Source: a virus (lineage: Duplodnaviria > Caudoviricetes). From it: a stretch of DNA of 51,509 nucleotides. Positions 15,579-25,827 of the stretch are shown in pieces. Position numbers and translations under genes: made by a program. The DNA is taken from the IMG/VR virus record IMGVR_UViG_3300028590_000551, positions 1-51,509 of that record. One strand, 5' to 3'. Below the pieces are notes generated by a model, which saw only the letters and a program-made list of their open reading frames with translations, was not told the origin of the DNA and did not search any database. Positions within the stretch are counted from its first letter, which is position 1. The number at the start of each line of letters is the position of its first letter.

Positions 15579-17934
15579 CCGCTTCCAGGTCCAGTTCGAT
15601 GTCGGCGGCGACGGCCAGGTGCGCGCGTCGCTGAAGAGCCTGCGCGAGGAGGTCAAGGCAACCACGGCCGCCGTGGAAGACTCGGGCGAGGAGTGGGAAG
15701 AGTTTGGCGTAAAGATCGGCAATGCCATCAAGTACGCCGGCGCTACCGCCCTAGCCGGCATCGGCCTGATCCTTCGCAACACGGCCGCTGCGGAACAGGA
15801 AATGGCGCAGCTGGAAGCTGTGCTGCGATCGACGGGGCAGGGTGCGACGTACACGCGCGACCAACTGGTCGATATGTCGGAGGCCATCGCCGCCGCGTCG
15901 ACATTCAGTGCCGGCGAGATCATCAAGGCAGAAACCCGCCTGCTGTCCTACAGCGGCATTGCCAGCAAGAACTTCCCGGAAGCATTGCAGATCGCCATCG
16001 ACCAGGCGGCGCGCTTGGGGATTGGCGTGGAGCAGTCCGCCGAGACCATCGGCCGGGCGCTGGAATCGCCGCAGAAAGCGGCGGCGGCGCTGGCGCAGCA
16101 GGGCTTCGGCGCCGCGTTTACCGACAGTGTGCGAAAGGCCATCAAGGAACTGGACGAGGCAGGCAAGACCGCCGAAGCCCAGCAGATCATCCTGGACATC
16201 TTGGCCGACAGTTACGGTGGTGCAGCGCAGGCCGCCCGCGATACGTTCGGCGGATCGATGATCGCGCTGAAGAACACGTTGGCGGATGTTCTGACCGGCG
16301 ACACGGGGGGCGAGGGGCTGGAAGGTGTGCGGTCCAGTGTCGAGGGACTGATCAGCACGCTGAATTCCGGTGATGTGCGCTCCGGCTTCGCCAACATGAC
16401 GGAAGGTGCGCTGGGGCTGGTGGCTGGTCTGGCGTCGCTGGTCGGCTGGCTGGACCAGGCATTCGGCGCCGCGCAGCGCTTGCTGACCATTCAGGGCGGC
16501 GGCTTCAGCAAGTTGATGGGTGGCGAGAACCTGGGCAACCAGCGTGCCGAACTGGCCATGGTGGAGCGGGAGCTCGCCCGGCGTCAGTCTGCGGACGCCG
16601 CGATGAAGGACGGGCGGCTCACGGGGGACTGGCTGACGCAGCGCGCCACCATCGTGAATCGACTGCCTGCCCGGTTGGTCGGCTTCGAGGGCATCGGCGG
16701 CGGCACCGATAAGGAACTGCGTAACCGGCAAGCCGCACTGCAGGCACAGATCGAGTTCAACGAACGGATCTTCGGCGACCCGTCGCGCACCCGCGTCAAC
16801 TTTTCCGACCAGGGAGATATCCCTGCGTCGATGCTTCGGCCATCGGGCGGTGGCGGTGGCAAGTCGCCTGGTGGCGGCGACGGCAAGAAGCCCCGCGCCG
16901 CACAGCTGACCGACGCCGAAAAAGCGGCCAAGCAACTGAATGCGGAATACGACCGCATGCTGGAACGGCTGCAGCAGGAGATCGCGCTGAACGGCCAGAC
17001 CACCGAACTGGCGCGGGTCAACTACCAGATCAAGCAAGACGGGCTGGACGCCCTGAACCCGAAGCTGGCCGAACAGCTGCGCCTGGCGGCCGAAGAGCGG
17101 GACGCGCAGGAACGCAACAATCAGGCGCGGGAAGAGGGTGCCCGCATCACCGAATCCATGCGCACGCCACAGGAAGTGTTGGCGGCAGAACTGAAGCGAT
17201 ACAAGGAACTGCTGGACGCCGGCGCGATCAGTCAGGACACCTTCAATCGCGCGGTGGCTGGCGCCAACGCCGCAAGCGAAGAGGCGGCCCGCCGCGCCCA
17301 AGGAAATTTCCGCAGCACGCAGGACGTTATCAAGGAATTCAGCGACAACGCCCAGAACTATCTGGGTTATGACCTGTACGACGCATTCAGCGGCAACGCC
17401 GATCGCATCCAGGAGCGGTGGAAACAGATGCTTATGCAGCTGGCGGCCGAACTCATTGCCAGCAAGGTGATGGAGTACTTCAACGGCAACAGCAGTGGCA
17501 GCCGCACCGTATCGAGCGGTGAGGGCTTCTGGGCCAACGTGGCCACGTGGATTGGATCGTTCTTCGCGGGGGGGCGTGCCACCGGTGGCGCTATGCAGGG
17601 AGGGAAACTGTATGAACTCGGCGAACATGGCAAGCCGGAACTGATCGAACAAAACGGCCGCACCTTTTTGGTGGCAGGCGCGGGCGGCAATGTTGTGCCT
17701 GCGCAGTACGCTGCGGCGGCGGGCGCTGGCACAACTGGTATGCCGGCCATTGAATTCCGGGTGACCAACAACCACGCCGGGGCGGAGGTATCTGAGCCCG
17801 GGCTTACGTGGGAGCACGGAAAGCTGATCGTGGATATGGCGGTCAACAAGGTCAATCAAGGGCTTGCGCAGAAGGGCAGCAACACGCACAAGTCGATGAT
17901 GTCCGGACTGTCTCAGGGGACGCGCTATGGATAA
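15562..17934 (+). CDS. Tail tape measure protein
   Basis: 790 aa, Ala-rich helical; C-terminal GRATGG...YELGEHGKPEL motif. Confidence 0.9.
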   Translation: MTQRTSRFQVQFDVGGDGQVRASLKSLREEVKATTAAVEDSGEEWEEFGVKIGNAIKYAGATALAGIGLILRNTAAAEQEMAQLEAVLRSTGQGATYTRDQLVDMSEAIAAASTFSAGEIIKAETRLLSYSGIASKNFPEALQIAIDQAARLGIGVEQSAETIGRALESPQKAAAALAQQGFGAAFTDSVRKAIKELDEAGKTAEAQQIILDILADSYGGAAQAARDTFGGSMIALKNTLADVLTGDTGGEGLEGVRSSVEGLISTLNSGDVRSGFANMTEGALGLVAGLASLVGWLDQAFGAAQRLLTIQGGGFSKLMGGENLGNQRAELAMVERELARRQSADAAMKDGRLTGDWLTQRATIVNRLPARLVGFEGIGGGTDKELRNRQAALQAQIEFNERIFGDPSRTRVNFSDQGDIPASMLRPSGGGGGKSPGGGDGKKPRAAQLTDAEKAAKQLNAEYDRMLERLQQEIALNGQTTELARVNYQIKQDGLDALNPKLAEQLRLAAEERDAQERNNQAREEGARITESMRTPQEVLAAELKRYKELLDAGAISQDTFNRAVAGANAASEEAARRAQGNFRSTQDVIKEFSDNAQNYLGYDLYDAFSGNADRIQERWKQMLMQLAAELIASKVMEYFNGNSSGSRTVSSGEGFWANVATWIGSFFAGGRATGGAMQGGKLYELGEHGKPELIEQNGRTFLVAGAGGNVVPAQYAAAAGAGTTGMPAIEFRVTNNHAGAEVSEPGLTWEHGKLIVDMAVNKVNQGLAQKGSNTHKSMMSGLSQGTRYG

Positions 17935-18331
17935 CTGGCCCGTATCGCTTCCCCGCCCGCAGGTTGAAGGCTGCGCTTACACCCCTCAGGACAACCAGAT
18001 TCGCACCGAAATGCGCGCGGGCGTGCCGAAGGCGCGTCGCGCCACCACTGCGCGGCCTGTCAACGTGACGTTCCAACTGGTGCTGACACAGGCACAGGTG
18101 CAGACGCTGGATGACTTCGTGGCCATCACGCTGTCGGACGTGTTGCCATTCCAGTGGATGGACTTCCGGAAGCCCGATGGCGAAGAGAACGTGGCGGTGT
18201 ACCGCTTCATTCGCCGTCCGCACTATACGCCGCGCCGCAGCGGGATGCGCTGGAATGCAACTGTCGAACTGGAACTGTTAACCACTATGCAGGGCGCTTT
18301 CCTGCTGGATATCGAAGGACTTGGCACGTGA
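17927..18331 (+). CDS. Distal tail protein-like
   Basis: WP..LP...IRTEM.AG.PK.RR motif directly after the tape measure gene. Confidence 0.65.
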   Translation: MDNWPVSLPRPQVEGCAYTPQDNQIRTEMRAGVPKARRATTARPVNVTFQLVLTQAQVQTLDDFVAITLSDVLPFQWMDFRKPDGEENVAVYRFIRRPHYTPRRSGMRWNATVELELLTTMQGAFLLDIEGLGT

Positions 18332-21300
18332 CAGACCCAAACATAATTCCCGTAGCGGATGTCCCTATCACTACCCCGGGTGCTGGTGATCATGTGGTGG
18401 GCGCACAACTGGGTGAAACACGCGGGTTCCGTGTGGGCGGCTCATACGGAATTGCGACGCTGGATGCGGAGGGAAACCCCAAGGCGCCACTCGCTTTGGT
18501 GGAGCGTATCGGTGCACTGGAGGTGGGGCAAGGGAGTGGAATGCCAGGCTATGCGTCCCGCTCGGACTTGCCGACTCCGCCACCCTCCGGGGTCACTCTT
18601 TCCATGGTGACAAATGACGCCACGGCAGCGAACAACGGCACGTGGAGGTGGACCGGCGCGGCGTGGGTATTGGCGGCTGATCGCTTGACGGCGATCAGCT
18701 CGGAGGTTGCGGCTGCACGTTCCACGTCCGGCAACATTGCCTTGAACACGGCTCCCGCATTCTCCGCCGCCAACGGTGCCACGGCAATCCTTGATGTGCT
18801 TCGTCCGGTAGGTATTGCTATTCCAGACGGGGCGAGTGGACAGAATGCGTCGCTTGTACCCTTCTACGCGCTTTCTCAGGCGGAGATCGACAACCTTCTG
18901 GGCGCGGACCTGGTCATCACGGTGACCTATATCATCAGTGAAAACTGGAACAAGAACCTCACAGGAGCCGCGCTTCAGATCATACGGAACGGGTCTCTTG
19001 TGACAGGTGGAACGTTTGCGGGTAGTTCGATTGTAGGCAATCGCATGACCCGGCAATATCGTTATACGGTTCAGGCCGGAGATGAGCGTCTAGGCCCCAT
19101 AATCCAGATATCAAGCTCAACCTCTGTAGGAGCGCAGACCATTGCGCTGGAAAGCTGGGGATACAGAATCAATGTCCAGGCCGCCGGGAGAACAGTCACA
19201 GCCGAGGATCAAGCAGACCAACTCCGTCTTCAGCGCGACGTGTACCCGAGAATCGAAGCGACAAAGGGATCGTTCGGGCCACTTAGTGCAAGTGAAGTTG
19301 AGGTGCAGGCTGCAGTTTTGAATGGTGCCATCGTGCGTCAGTCTGCAGGAATAACGGTGGGACTGACGATTCCAGGTGGTGCAACAGGCCATCTCTCATC
19401 CATGGAGCTCTGGGCGCGAATTTCCACGCCGCGCGCCGCATTGCTTGCAGGCCGCAAGGTTCGGGTCACCGCTGGGTTCCTGACCTCCGATGGCTGGGAC
19501 AGGAACGTTGCGCTGGTGGCGAAGTCCTATACCGCTTCTGGATCGCGGTCACCTACCCGCGTCACGACTCGGAACGTGCAGGCTGCCGTCGGTTACAGGA
19601 TTGTTGAGGTCGAATACATCCTCACGGGCGACGAGACAATCCTTGCGCCGTACCTGCAGGTCACCACGAATGCCACTCGCGGACTGGATCAATGGATTCA
19701 GTTGGATTCGCTGGCGATAGTAATTGCCGAGACTCCCGCTGGCGCGTTAACGCCTTCCGATGAGAACCAACGTCAGATAGCGCTTCGAATCGCGGAGGAT
19801 CTGGTTAAGCAACTCACGTCCGACCCAGTGCGTGTCACTGCCGCCGCTTCCGGTGGGACCTATACGAGCCCCGCTGCTGCAAACACCGCGATCGCAGACG
19901 CGTCCAAATCTAAGCGATACATGGTGGCGATCACGCAGGGCACCTACGCGAGTGACAAGAACTGGCAGACCAAGGACTACATCGACTTTATCGGGACCGA
20001 TGCCGAACGGACCGTTCTATTGCTGGACAACCCGGACAGCACCGCGCCGTCGACCATTCAGAACGATCAGCCGCTCTGGCTGCGAGCAGAGAACAAGCTG
20101 AGGGGTGTATCAGTGATCGTGCGCAATGGACGGTACGCCATCCATCGCGACAACATCAACTTCAAAAACCGCACGGTAGTGATCGAGGACTGCCATGTCG
20201 AGCACCTGGGAAACCAAGGTGCTCGCGACTATCAGGCGGCCAACGGCGGGGACCCCGATGCGGTATGGTCGGCCACAAACGCTTGGGGGAGCGGTACGGC
20301 CAGCGGCGAAACGGTCATCGCCAGGCGCAGCCGTTTCCGCGCTCCGGGCAACGTCTGGTCCGTGCATAACAACGAAGCGTTCGAGGCGCCGAGCCACAAC
20401 ATCATCGAGCGGTGCGAGCTTGTCTGTACAAGCGCGGTCGGCACCTGTATCGCGATCCAGTCCCTCGGGTCGGGAGTTAAGGATGTCTTCGACGTATCCG
20501 GAAGCAAACTCGTTGGAGACATCTTCTACGACACGAAGGGATGGCTACCGACCGCGCTGGCTAACCGTCCGGCAAACCGCGCAGAGTGGAAGGTGACGGG
20601 AAGTGGCAACACGCCCGCCGTGTTCAGGCATTCAACCGCATCGCGGGCGCTGAAGATCGAGAGCGCATCCACCTCTGGCACGAGTGCGGTCGCGGTGAGC
20701 GGAACCGCCGTGCCGGTGCTCTTCGGTGGATCGGTCTACTCGATGCCCGGCGCAGGCGGAATCAAGGGGTACGTCTACGGTTGGGGCGACATCAGCAGCA
20801 CACCGGATGCCGCAAGTTCGCTCGGAAGCCGGCTGGGCAACCGCTCGGGGGCGCCCGTTACTCTCACGGTGGCCGTGGATGGCGGCGCTCCGGTGAACAT
20901 CGTGCTCAACGCCGACTACACTGGGATGAGCAATTCAGCCGTGCTGGCGATCATCAATGCGGCGCTGACCGGAGCTGTCGCCAGCGAGTACGACATCACC
21001 GGCCGTTACCGACCCTCGATGCTCGACGAGGAGATGAGCCTGCTGAACAGCACCGGTGAAGGTATCCTCATGGGGATGGCGGTGGTGCGCGGTATGTCCG
21101 CTGGGACCGTCCGAAAGATGACCGCCACCGACTCACCCGCGCTGTTCCTCGGCATCGCCTGGGAGGACATCTACCCGGGGCAGTGGGGGCGCGTCAAGTC
21201 GAAAGGACACGTTGCGATCGTGGACATTATGCGGTCGGACGCGTCCGGCGTTGAGACTGGGGACACGTTCTCAGTTGATCCAAGCTTGCCGGGCGTCTTG

Positions 21301-21363
21301 TATAAAGGAGGCGCTATGGATTTGTTGCATGCGATCCGCAATAACGCAGTCAGGATTCAGTAG
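18328..21363 (+). CDS. Tailspike / tail fibre with probable beta-helix (depolymerase-like) domain
   Basis: About 1011 aa; GGTYTSPAAANTAIADA...VAITQGTY start of a pectate-lyase-type helix; atypical codon usage. Confidence 0.65.
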   Translation: MTDPNIIPVADVPITTPGAGDHVVGAQLGETRGFRVGGSYGIATLDAEGNPKAPLALVERIGALEVGQGSGMPGYASRSDLPTPPPSGVTLSMVTNDATAANNGTWRWTGAAWVLAADRLTAISSEVAAARSTSGNIALNTAPAFSAANGATAILDVLRPVGIAIPDGASGQNASLVPFYALSQAEIDNLLGADLVITVTYIISENWNKNLTGAALQIIRNGSLVTGGTFAGSSIVGNRMTRQYRYTVQAGDERLGPIIQISSSTSVGAQTIALESWGYRINVQAAGRTVTAEDQADQLRLQRDVYPRIEATKGSFGPLSASEVEVQAAVLNGAIVRQSAGITVGLTIPGGATGHLSSMELWARISTPRAALLAGRKVRVTAGFLTSDGWDRNVALVAKSYTASGSRSPTRVTTRNVQAAVGYRIVEVEYILTGDETILAPYLQVTTNATRGLDQWIQLDSLAIVIAETPAGALTPSDENQRQIALRIAEDLVKQLTSDPVRVTAAASGGTYTSPAAANTAIADASKSKRYMVAITQGTYASDKNWQTKDYIDFIGTDAERTVLLLDNPDSTAPSTIQNDQPLWLRAENKLRGVSVIVRNGRYAIHRDNINFKNRTVVIEDCHVEHLGNQGARDYQAANGGDPDAVWSATNAWGSGTASGETVIARRSRFRAPGNVWSVHNNEAFEAPSHNIIERCELVCTSAVGTCIAIQSLGSGVKDVFDVSGSKLVGDIFYDTKGWLPTALANRPANRAEWKVTGSGNTPAVFRHSTASRALKIESASTSGTSAVAVSGTAVPVLFGGSVYSMPGAGGIKGYVYGWGDISSTPDAASSLGSRLGNRSGAPVTLTVAVDGGAPVNIVLNADYTGMSNSAVLAIINAALTGAVASEYDITGRYRPSMLDEEMSLLNSTGEGILMGMAVVRGMSAGTVRKMTATDSPALFLGIAWEDIYPGQWGRVKSKGHVAIVDIMRSDASGVETGDTFSVDPSLPGVLYKGGAMDLLHAIRNNAVRIQ

Positions 21364-21365
21364 CG

Positions 21366-21845
21366 ATGTCAAGATCGCTATCATCCGCTGCTGTAAGGGC
21401 CGCATTAGCGCGGGAAACCAACGAAGTATTCGTGGCTCTGGCCATGATCGAGCATCCGTCGCTTGATGAGCCCATCCGCATCTGCACGGACAGTGCGCCG
21501 GTGGTGCGCAGCGATGGTACGTTCTTGCCGTACCCCTTCGAATTCATACTGCCAGAAGACACTGACGGAGAGCTCCCGCGCGCCGCCGTGCGCGTGGACA
21601 ACGTGGACCGCGAAGTGCTGCGCCGGATTTCAAGCGTGACCGGCCGGCCTGACGTGACCTTCATGCTGGTGCTGGCGTCGCAGCCCGATCTGGTGGAATA
21701 CGGCCCGGTGCAGTTCCAAATGGGCGAAGCGTCATGGGACCAGATGGTGTTGAACGCGGCCCTGGCCTATCAGGAAGACATCTGGATGCAGGCTGTGCCA
21801 AGCCAGCAGTACACCCCCAGCAATTCGCCCGGGCTGTTCAGATGA
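21366..21845 (+). CDS. Tail tip protein, DUF1833-like
   Basis: IEHPSL..PIR...F.PYPF.FILP...VDNVDR...YTP...PGLF. Confidence 0.8.
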   Translation: MSRSLSSAAVRAALARETNEVFVALAMIEHPSLDEPIRICTDSAPVVRSDGTFLPYPFEFILPEDTDGELPRAAVRVDNVDREVLRRISSVTGRPDVTFMLVLASQPDLVEYGPVQFQMGEASWDQMVLNAALAYQEDIWMQAVPSQQYTPSNSPGLFR

Positions 21846-22234
21846 AGATCGCCACCACCCCTTACATCGGCCTGCCGTTCGCCGACCATGGCCGCGGCCC
21901 GGCATTCGACTGCTGGGGGCTGGTGCGTCATGTGCTGCAGCGTGAGCGCGGCATTGAGTTGCCCGACTACGGCGACACCTACCCAAGCCATCGCGACCAT
22001 TCGGGTGTTGCTGGCGCTATCGAACAGGGTGCTGTGGTGGGCTGGCGCCGCGTAGAGACGCCGTGCGTGGGTTGCGTGGTGGTTTTCCGTATTGCGGGGC
22101 GCCCATGGCATGTCGGACTGGTGGTCGGAGCGGACCGGTTCCTGCACATCCCCGAGGGTGAAACGTCATGCATTGAACGCCTGTCGGCCGCCATGTGGGC
22201 CAGGCGCATCGAAGGATTCTATTGCCGTGAGTGA
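21842..22234 (+). CDS. NlpC/P60 tail-associated peptidase
   Basis: GRGPAFDCWGLV and HVGL...FLH motifs. Confidence 0.85.
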   Translation: MKIATTPYIGLPFADHGRGPAFDCWGLVRHVLQRERGIELPDYGDTYPSHRDHSGVAGAIEQGAVVGWRRVETPCVGCVVVFRIAGRPWHVGLVVGADRFLHIPEGETSCIERLSAAMWARRIEGFYCRE

Positions 22235-24713
22235 TACCGCCACCCTGATCGCCCGCCCGCATCCTTTCAGCCAACGCCCAGCCATCGTGCAGGTCAAGGC
22301 AGGAAGAAGCCTGCGGGAGATACTGCACGAAGCGGTCGATGGTGCACCGTTGCCAGACACACTGCGCGTGGAGGTGGGCGGACTGGAAGTGCCCCGTGCC
22401 TGGTGGGGTAGATTGAAGCCCAAGGCTGGCACGCAGATCCATTGCACGGCAATGCCGGCCGGCGGGGGCGGCGGAAAGTTGCTGCGCATCGTGCTGATGG
22501 TGGTCATCATCGTGGTGGCGTGGTACGTGGCGCCGCTGATCCTCGCCGCCATGCCTGGTCTGGCGGCTGCTGGCGTGACGACCGCGATGGTGGCGTCCGG
22601 ACTGACCATGCTGGGCACCATGGTGATGAATGCTCTGGTGCCACCTCCAAAACCAAAGATGGATGCCAGCGCGCAGGGTGCCGTGGAGCGGCAGTTCGCG
22701 CTTACAGGCACCCAGAACAACGCCAATCCTTACGGCGTTGTGCCGCTGGTTATCGGTGAAATGCGGTTCTACCCATGCCACGCGGCGTTTCCCTATACGG
22801 AAGAGGCGGGTGCGGACAAATATCTCCGCATGCTGCTGGATCTTGGGCATGGCGACATCGACGTAAGCGATATACGCATTGGCGAGACGCCCATCGGCTC
22901 CTATGAGGGCGTGGAATACGAGATCACCACCACGCCAACGCTCTACACCGACGACATCTACGAAGACCCGGTGGGCGCCACCTTGAATGATGGTGATGTG
23001 ATCCAGCGCACGACACAGCCCCAGGCTGATGAAATCGGCGTGGTCATCGACTTCCAGGGGCTCTACGGCGCTGACAAGAAAGGAAAGATCAAACAAGCGA
23101 CGGCCAGCATCGCGTTCCAGTATCGTGCGGTAGGTGCAAGCACATGGATTGACGCCCCCATCACTGCGGGGAGGCGTCAGAACTGGAATTCAGGGTCCGT
23201 CAAGACCAGCAACCGCAACCCTTTCACCGTGGCAGTGTGGTGGAAAGTGACGCCGGGGCAGTACGAAGTTCGCATCTCCCGCAGCACAACACACTGGGAC
23301 GGCGCTTTGGAGGGGCAGCGCACCGGCGACGCCAGCGTCGGCGCCCTGCGCACCCTGAAGAAGACCAACCCAAGCACCACGGGCACCACGAAATTGGCGC
23401 TGCGCATCAAGGCATCCGACCAGCTAAATGGCACCGTCCAGACGTTGAACTGCGTGGTGCGCCAACGCATCCCCGTCTGGAACGGCACAGAGTGGGTACA
23501 GGAATACAGCCGCAACCCGGGCTGGGTGATGCACTGGCTGGTGCGACACTGTCCAGCGGTGTCCATCCGCGCATCGGAAAGCATGGTTGACCTGCAGGCT
23601 ATTACAGAGTTTGCCGCCTACTGCGAGGCGCGCGGTCTGGAATGCAGCAGCGTGGTCGATAGCTCCACCACGCTGCTGGAACTGGTGGGCGACGTGCTGT
23701 CTTCTGGCATGGCGTCCCGATCATTCCGGGACGGCAAGATCAGCGTGGTGTGGGATGACCCCGATGCGGTGCCGGTGGGTATGTTCACGCCGTCCAACTA
23801 TGTGAAGTTCAGCGGGCAGCGTACGTTCTTCGAGATGGCGCATGGGCTGCGGGTTAAGTTCGTGAACCCCGATGCTGGGTACATCACGGATGAAATCATC
23901 GTGCTGGCTGACGGCTACAGTTACCGGGGAGTCGACGCGCGCGGCCTGCCATCAGAACTTCCGGAAGCCACCCGGTTTGAACAACTCGACCTGAAGGCCG
24001 CGCGGGGCGCGCAGGCGGCTTGGCGGGCAGGCCGGCACCAGCTTGCACAGGCCAAGTTCCGGCCGGCCGTGTACCAGATGGAAGCGGATATCGAGATGAT
24101 CCGCCATACGCGCGGCGACCTGATTACCGTAATGGATGATGTGGTGGAGTGGGGCGAAGGTTGGGGCCGTATCGAGCATATCGACGCCGCCAACAACCTG
24201 GTTCGCCTCGATGAGATCAGCAAGGCGCTGGACGCGGGCAGCTACTACATCCAGTTCCGCACCAGCGACGGGCTGATGCATTCGCGCGCATGCACGCCGC
24301 ACGCACCCGTCACCAATACTTTCGTTTGCCCGGGTGGCCTGCCAGCGGGGCTGGCCTATGGCGACGTAGCCATCGTGGGATCTGCCACCCGGCAGGCGCG
24401 CAACCTGCTGGTCACCGGCATCACGCCGGGGCAGGATCTGTCCGCCGTTGTCAGGCTGGTGGACCATGCGCCCGACGTGTACGCCTACATCGACAACCCG
24501 CCCGAATCCATCCTGAGTGAGGCCACGGGACTTAGCTACCGCGAACCGCCGGAGCCACCCCGTATCACGGTGGTAGTCACCAGTGGGCTGGCGGCGGACC
24601 CTGGCGACGCCGGCACGACATCGCCGGAAGGTGTCGTCGGCGTGCGTGGCGGCAGCGGCTACATCCGCGGCGCGCCATGGCGTAACCCGCTGGCTGCGAT
24701 GGAGGCTTACTGA
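22227..24713 (+). CDS. Central tail tip / host-specificity protein (gpI+gpJ-like)
   Basis: N.ANPYGVVP, DIRIGETPI, LALRIKASDQLNG and SRNPGW motifs. Confidence 0.85.
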   Translation: MSDTATLIARPHPFSQRPAIVQVKAGRSLREILHEAVDGAPLPDTLRVEVGGLEVPRAWWGRLKPKAGTQIHCTAMPAGGGGGKLLRIVLMVVIIVVAWYVAPLILAAMPGLAAAGVTTAMVASGLTMLGTMVMNALVPPPKPKMDASAQGAVERQFALTGTQNNANPYGVVPLVIGEMRFYPCHAAFPYTEEAGADKYLRMLLDLGHGDIDVSDIRIGETPIGSYEGVEYEITTTPTLYTDDIYEDPVGATLNDGDVIQRTTQPQADEIGVVIDFQGLYGADKKGKIKQATASIAFQYRAVGASTWIDAPITAGRRQNWNSGSVKTSNRNPFTVAVWWKVTPGQYEVRISRSTTHWDGALEGQRTGDASVGALRTLKKTNPSTTGTTKLALRIKASDQLNGTVQTLNCVVRQRIPVWNGTEWVQEYSRNPGWVMHWLVRHCPAVSIRASESMVDLQAITEFAAYCEARGLECSSVVDSSTTLLELVGDVLSSGMASRSFRDGKISVVWDDPDAVPVGMFTPSNYVKFSGQRTFFEMAHGLRVKFVNPDAGYITDEIIVLADGYSYRGVDARGLPSELPEATRFEQLDLKAARGAQAAWRAGRHQLAQAKFRPAVYQMEADIEMIRHTRGDLITVMDDVVEWGEGWGRIEHIDAANNLVRLDEISKALDAGSYYIQFRTSDGLMHSRACTPHAPVTNTFVCPGGLPAGLAYGDVAIVGSATRQARNLLVTGITPGQDLSAVVRLVDHAPDVYAYIDNPPESILSEATGLSYREPPEPPRITVVVTSGLAADPGDAGTTSPEGVVGVRGGSGYIRGAPWRNPLAAMEAY

Positions 24714-25351
24714 TGGCTACGCCCGCGGCCTTTTACGAGCTGCGCTGGCGCATTGCCGGCAGCGACGGCGCGTGGCTGACGAAGCGCGTGGAAGCCAACA
24801 CCGACCATGTGCGTATTTCAGGGCTGACGCGAGGCGTGAGTTACGAAGGATTCGCCCGCGCCATTTCATCGTTCGGCGCAGCCTCAGATTGGGCGCCCAT
24901 GGACTTCGTGGTGGAGGGCATCACCAACGAAGGTCCGCTGAACTTCCCGCCAGTCACCGTGGGCAACGTGTCGTCGCGCTGGGTGGAGGGAACGGAAGTC
25001 ACGTTCACCGCCACCGACACCGAAGCCACCATCAACGTCACCGCCGGCGTGCTGCAGGTGGGCGACCAGCAGGTGAACTATGGCGCTAGCAGCGCCACGG
25101 TGACTGGCACTGCTGGTTCTTCGCGCGTGGTGTATCTGTACTACGACGATCCGCGCTTCCAGGGAGGCTCGCGCACCTTGGGCACCACCGACAGCAGCGT
25201 CGACTCCATGGCCGACTATGGCCGCATCTTCATCACCGGCATACGCATCACATTCGACACAGTAGGTGGTGGCGGCGTGGGTGGCGGTGGCGGCATCGGC
25301 GGCGGTGGTGGCGGCACCGGCTCTTCCCCCTTCGAGACCCTCGAACCATGA
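24713..25351 (+). CDS. Tail tip protein with FN3-like N-terminus and Gly-rich C-terminus
   Basis: YELRWR...W...ISGL..GVSY...RAI; YLYYDDP; poly-Gly tail. Confidence 0.6.
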   Translation: MATPAAFYELRWRIAGSDGAWLTKRVEANTDHVRISGLTRGVSYEGFARAISSFGAASDWAPMDFVVEGITNEGPLNFPPVTVGNVSSRWVEGTEVTFTATDTEATINVTAGVLQVGDQQVNYGASSATVTGTAGSSRVVYLYYDDPRFQGGSRTLGTTDSSVDSMADYGRIFITGIRITFDTVGGGGVGGGGGIGGGGGGTGSSPFETLEP

Positions 25352-25770
25352 CGTACATCAAGCGCGACGACATCAACCTGCCCACCGACGAAACCGTGGT
25401 GCAACTGGCAGGCCAACACCTGGTCGCGGTGCGCTGCGAGCGCAAGCGCGTGGCATCCGGGGTGGCCTACCATGCGCAGGCGCGGGCCATTGATGCGGGC
25501 GGCACCACGCTCAACGATGCACGCGGTCGTGCGATCGCCACCGAACTGAAGCACTCGGCACCGATGGATGTCGTGGATCGGCTGGGCGATGGCGCCATTT
25601 CGCGTGAATGCCTGCTGGCCGTTCTCGGAGAGCCGTTGACGCCGCGCGGAGAAGGCGAAGCGCTTCCGCTGATTGCCTGGTCCGCGTCGCTGTTGGCCAG
25701 CGTCAGCATTGCAGTCAGCCTGGCGGCCGCTGATGTCTCGGGCACGGCGGACGCGGGCAACCTGCTGTAG
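25348..25770 (+). CDS. Hypothetical protein (end of tail module)
   Basis: Coupled start (ATGA) and typical codon usage. Confidence 0.6.
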   Translation: MTYIKRDDINLPTDETVVQLAGQHLVAVRCERKRVASGVAYHAQARAIDAGGTTLNDARGRAIATELKHSAPMDVVDRLGDGAISRECLLAVLGEPLTPRGEGEALPLIAWSASLLASVSIAVSLAAADVSGTADAGNLL

Positions 25771-25827
25771 GCGGACGCGTTAACCCGCCCGGTAGACCCG
25801 CCGCGCGGGGGCGCGTGGAATGCGGCT

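Noticed and set aside
5124-17889. Long antisense and alternate-frame ORFs (e.g. 5124-6575, 10919-12160, 15751-17889)
   Set aside because: Shadow ORFs expected in high-GC coding DNA; they overlap well-supported genes and lack motifs.
18328-25770. Diversity-generating retroelement or invertible tail-fibre cassette
   Set aside because: No reverse transcriptase, no template/variable repeat pair and no inverted fibre fragments seen.
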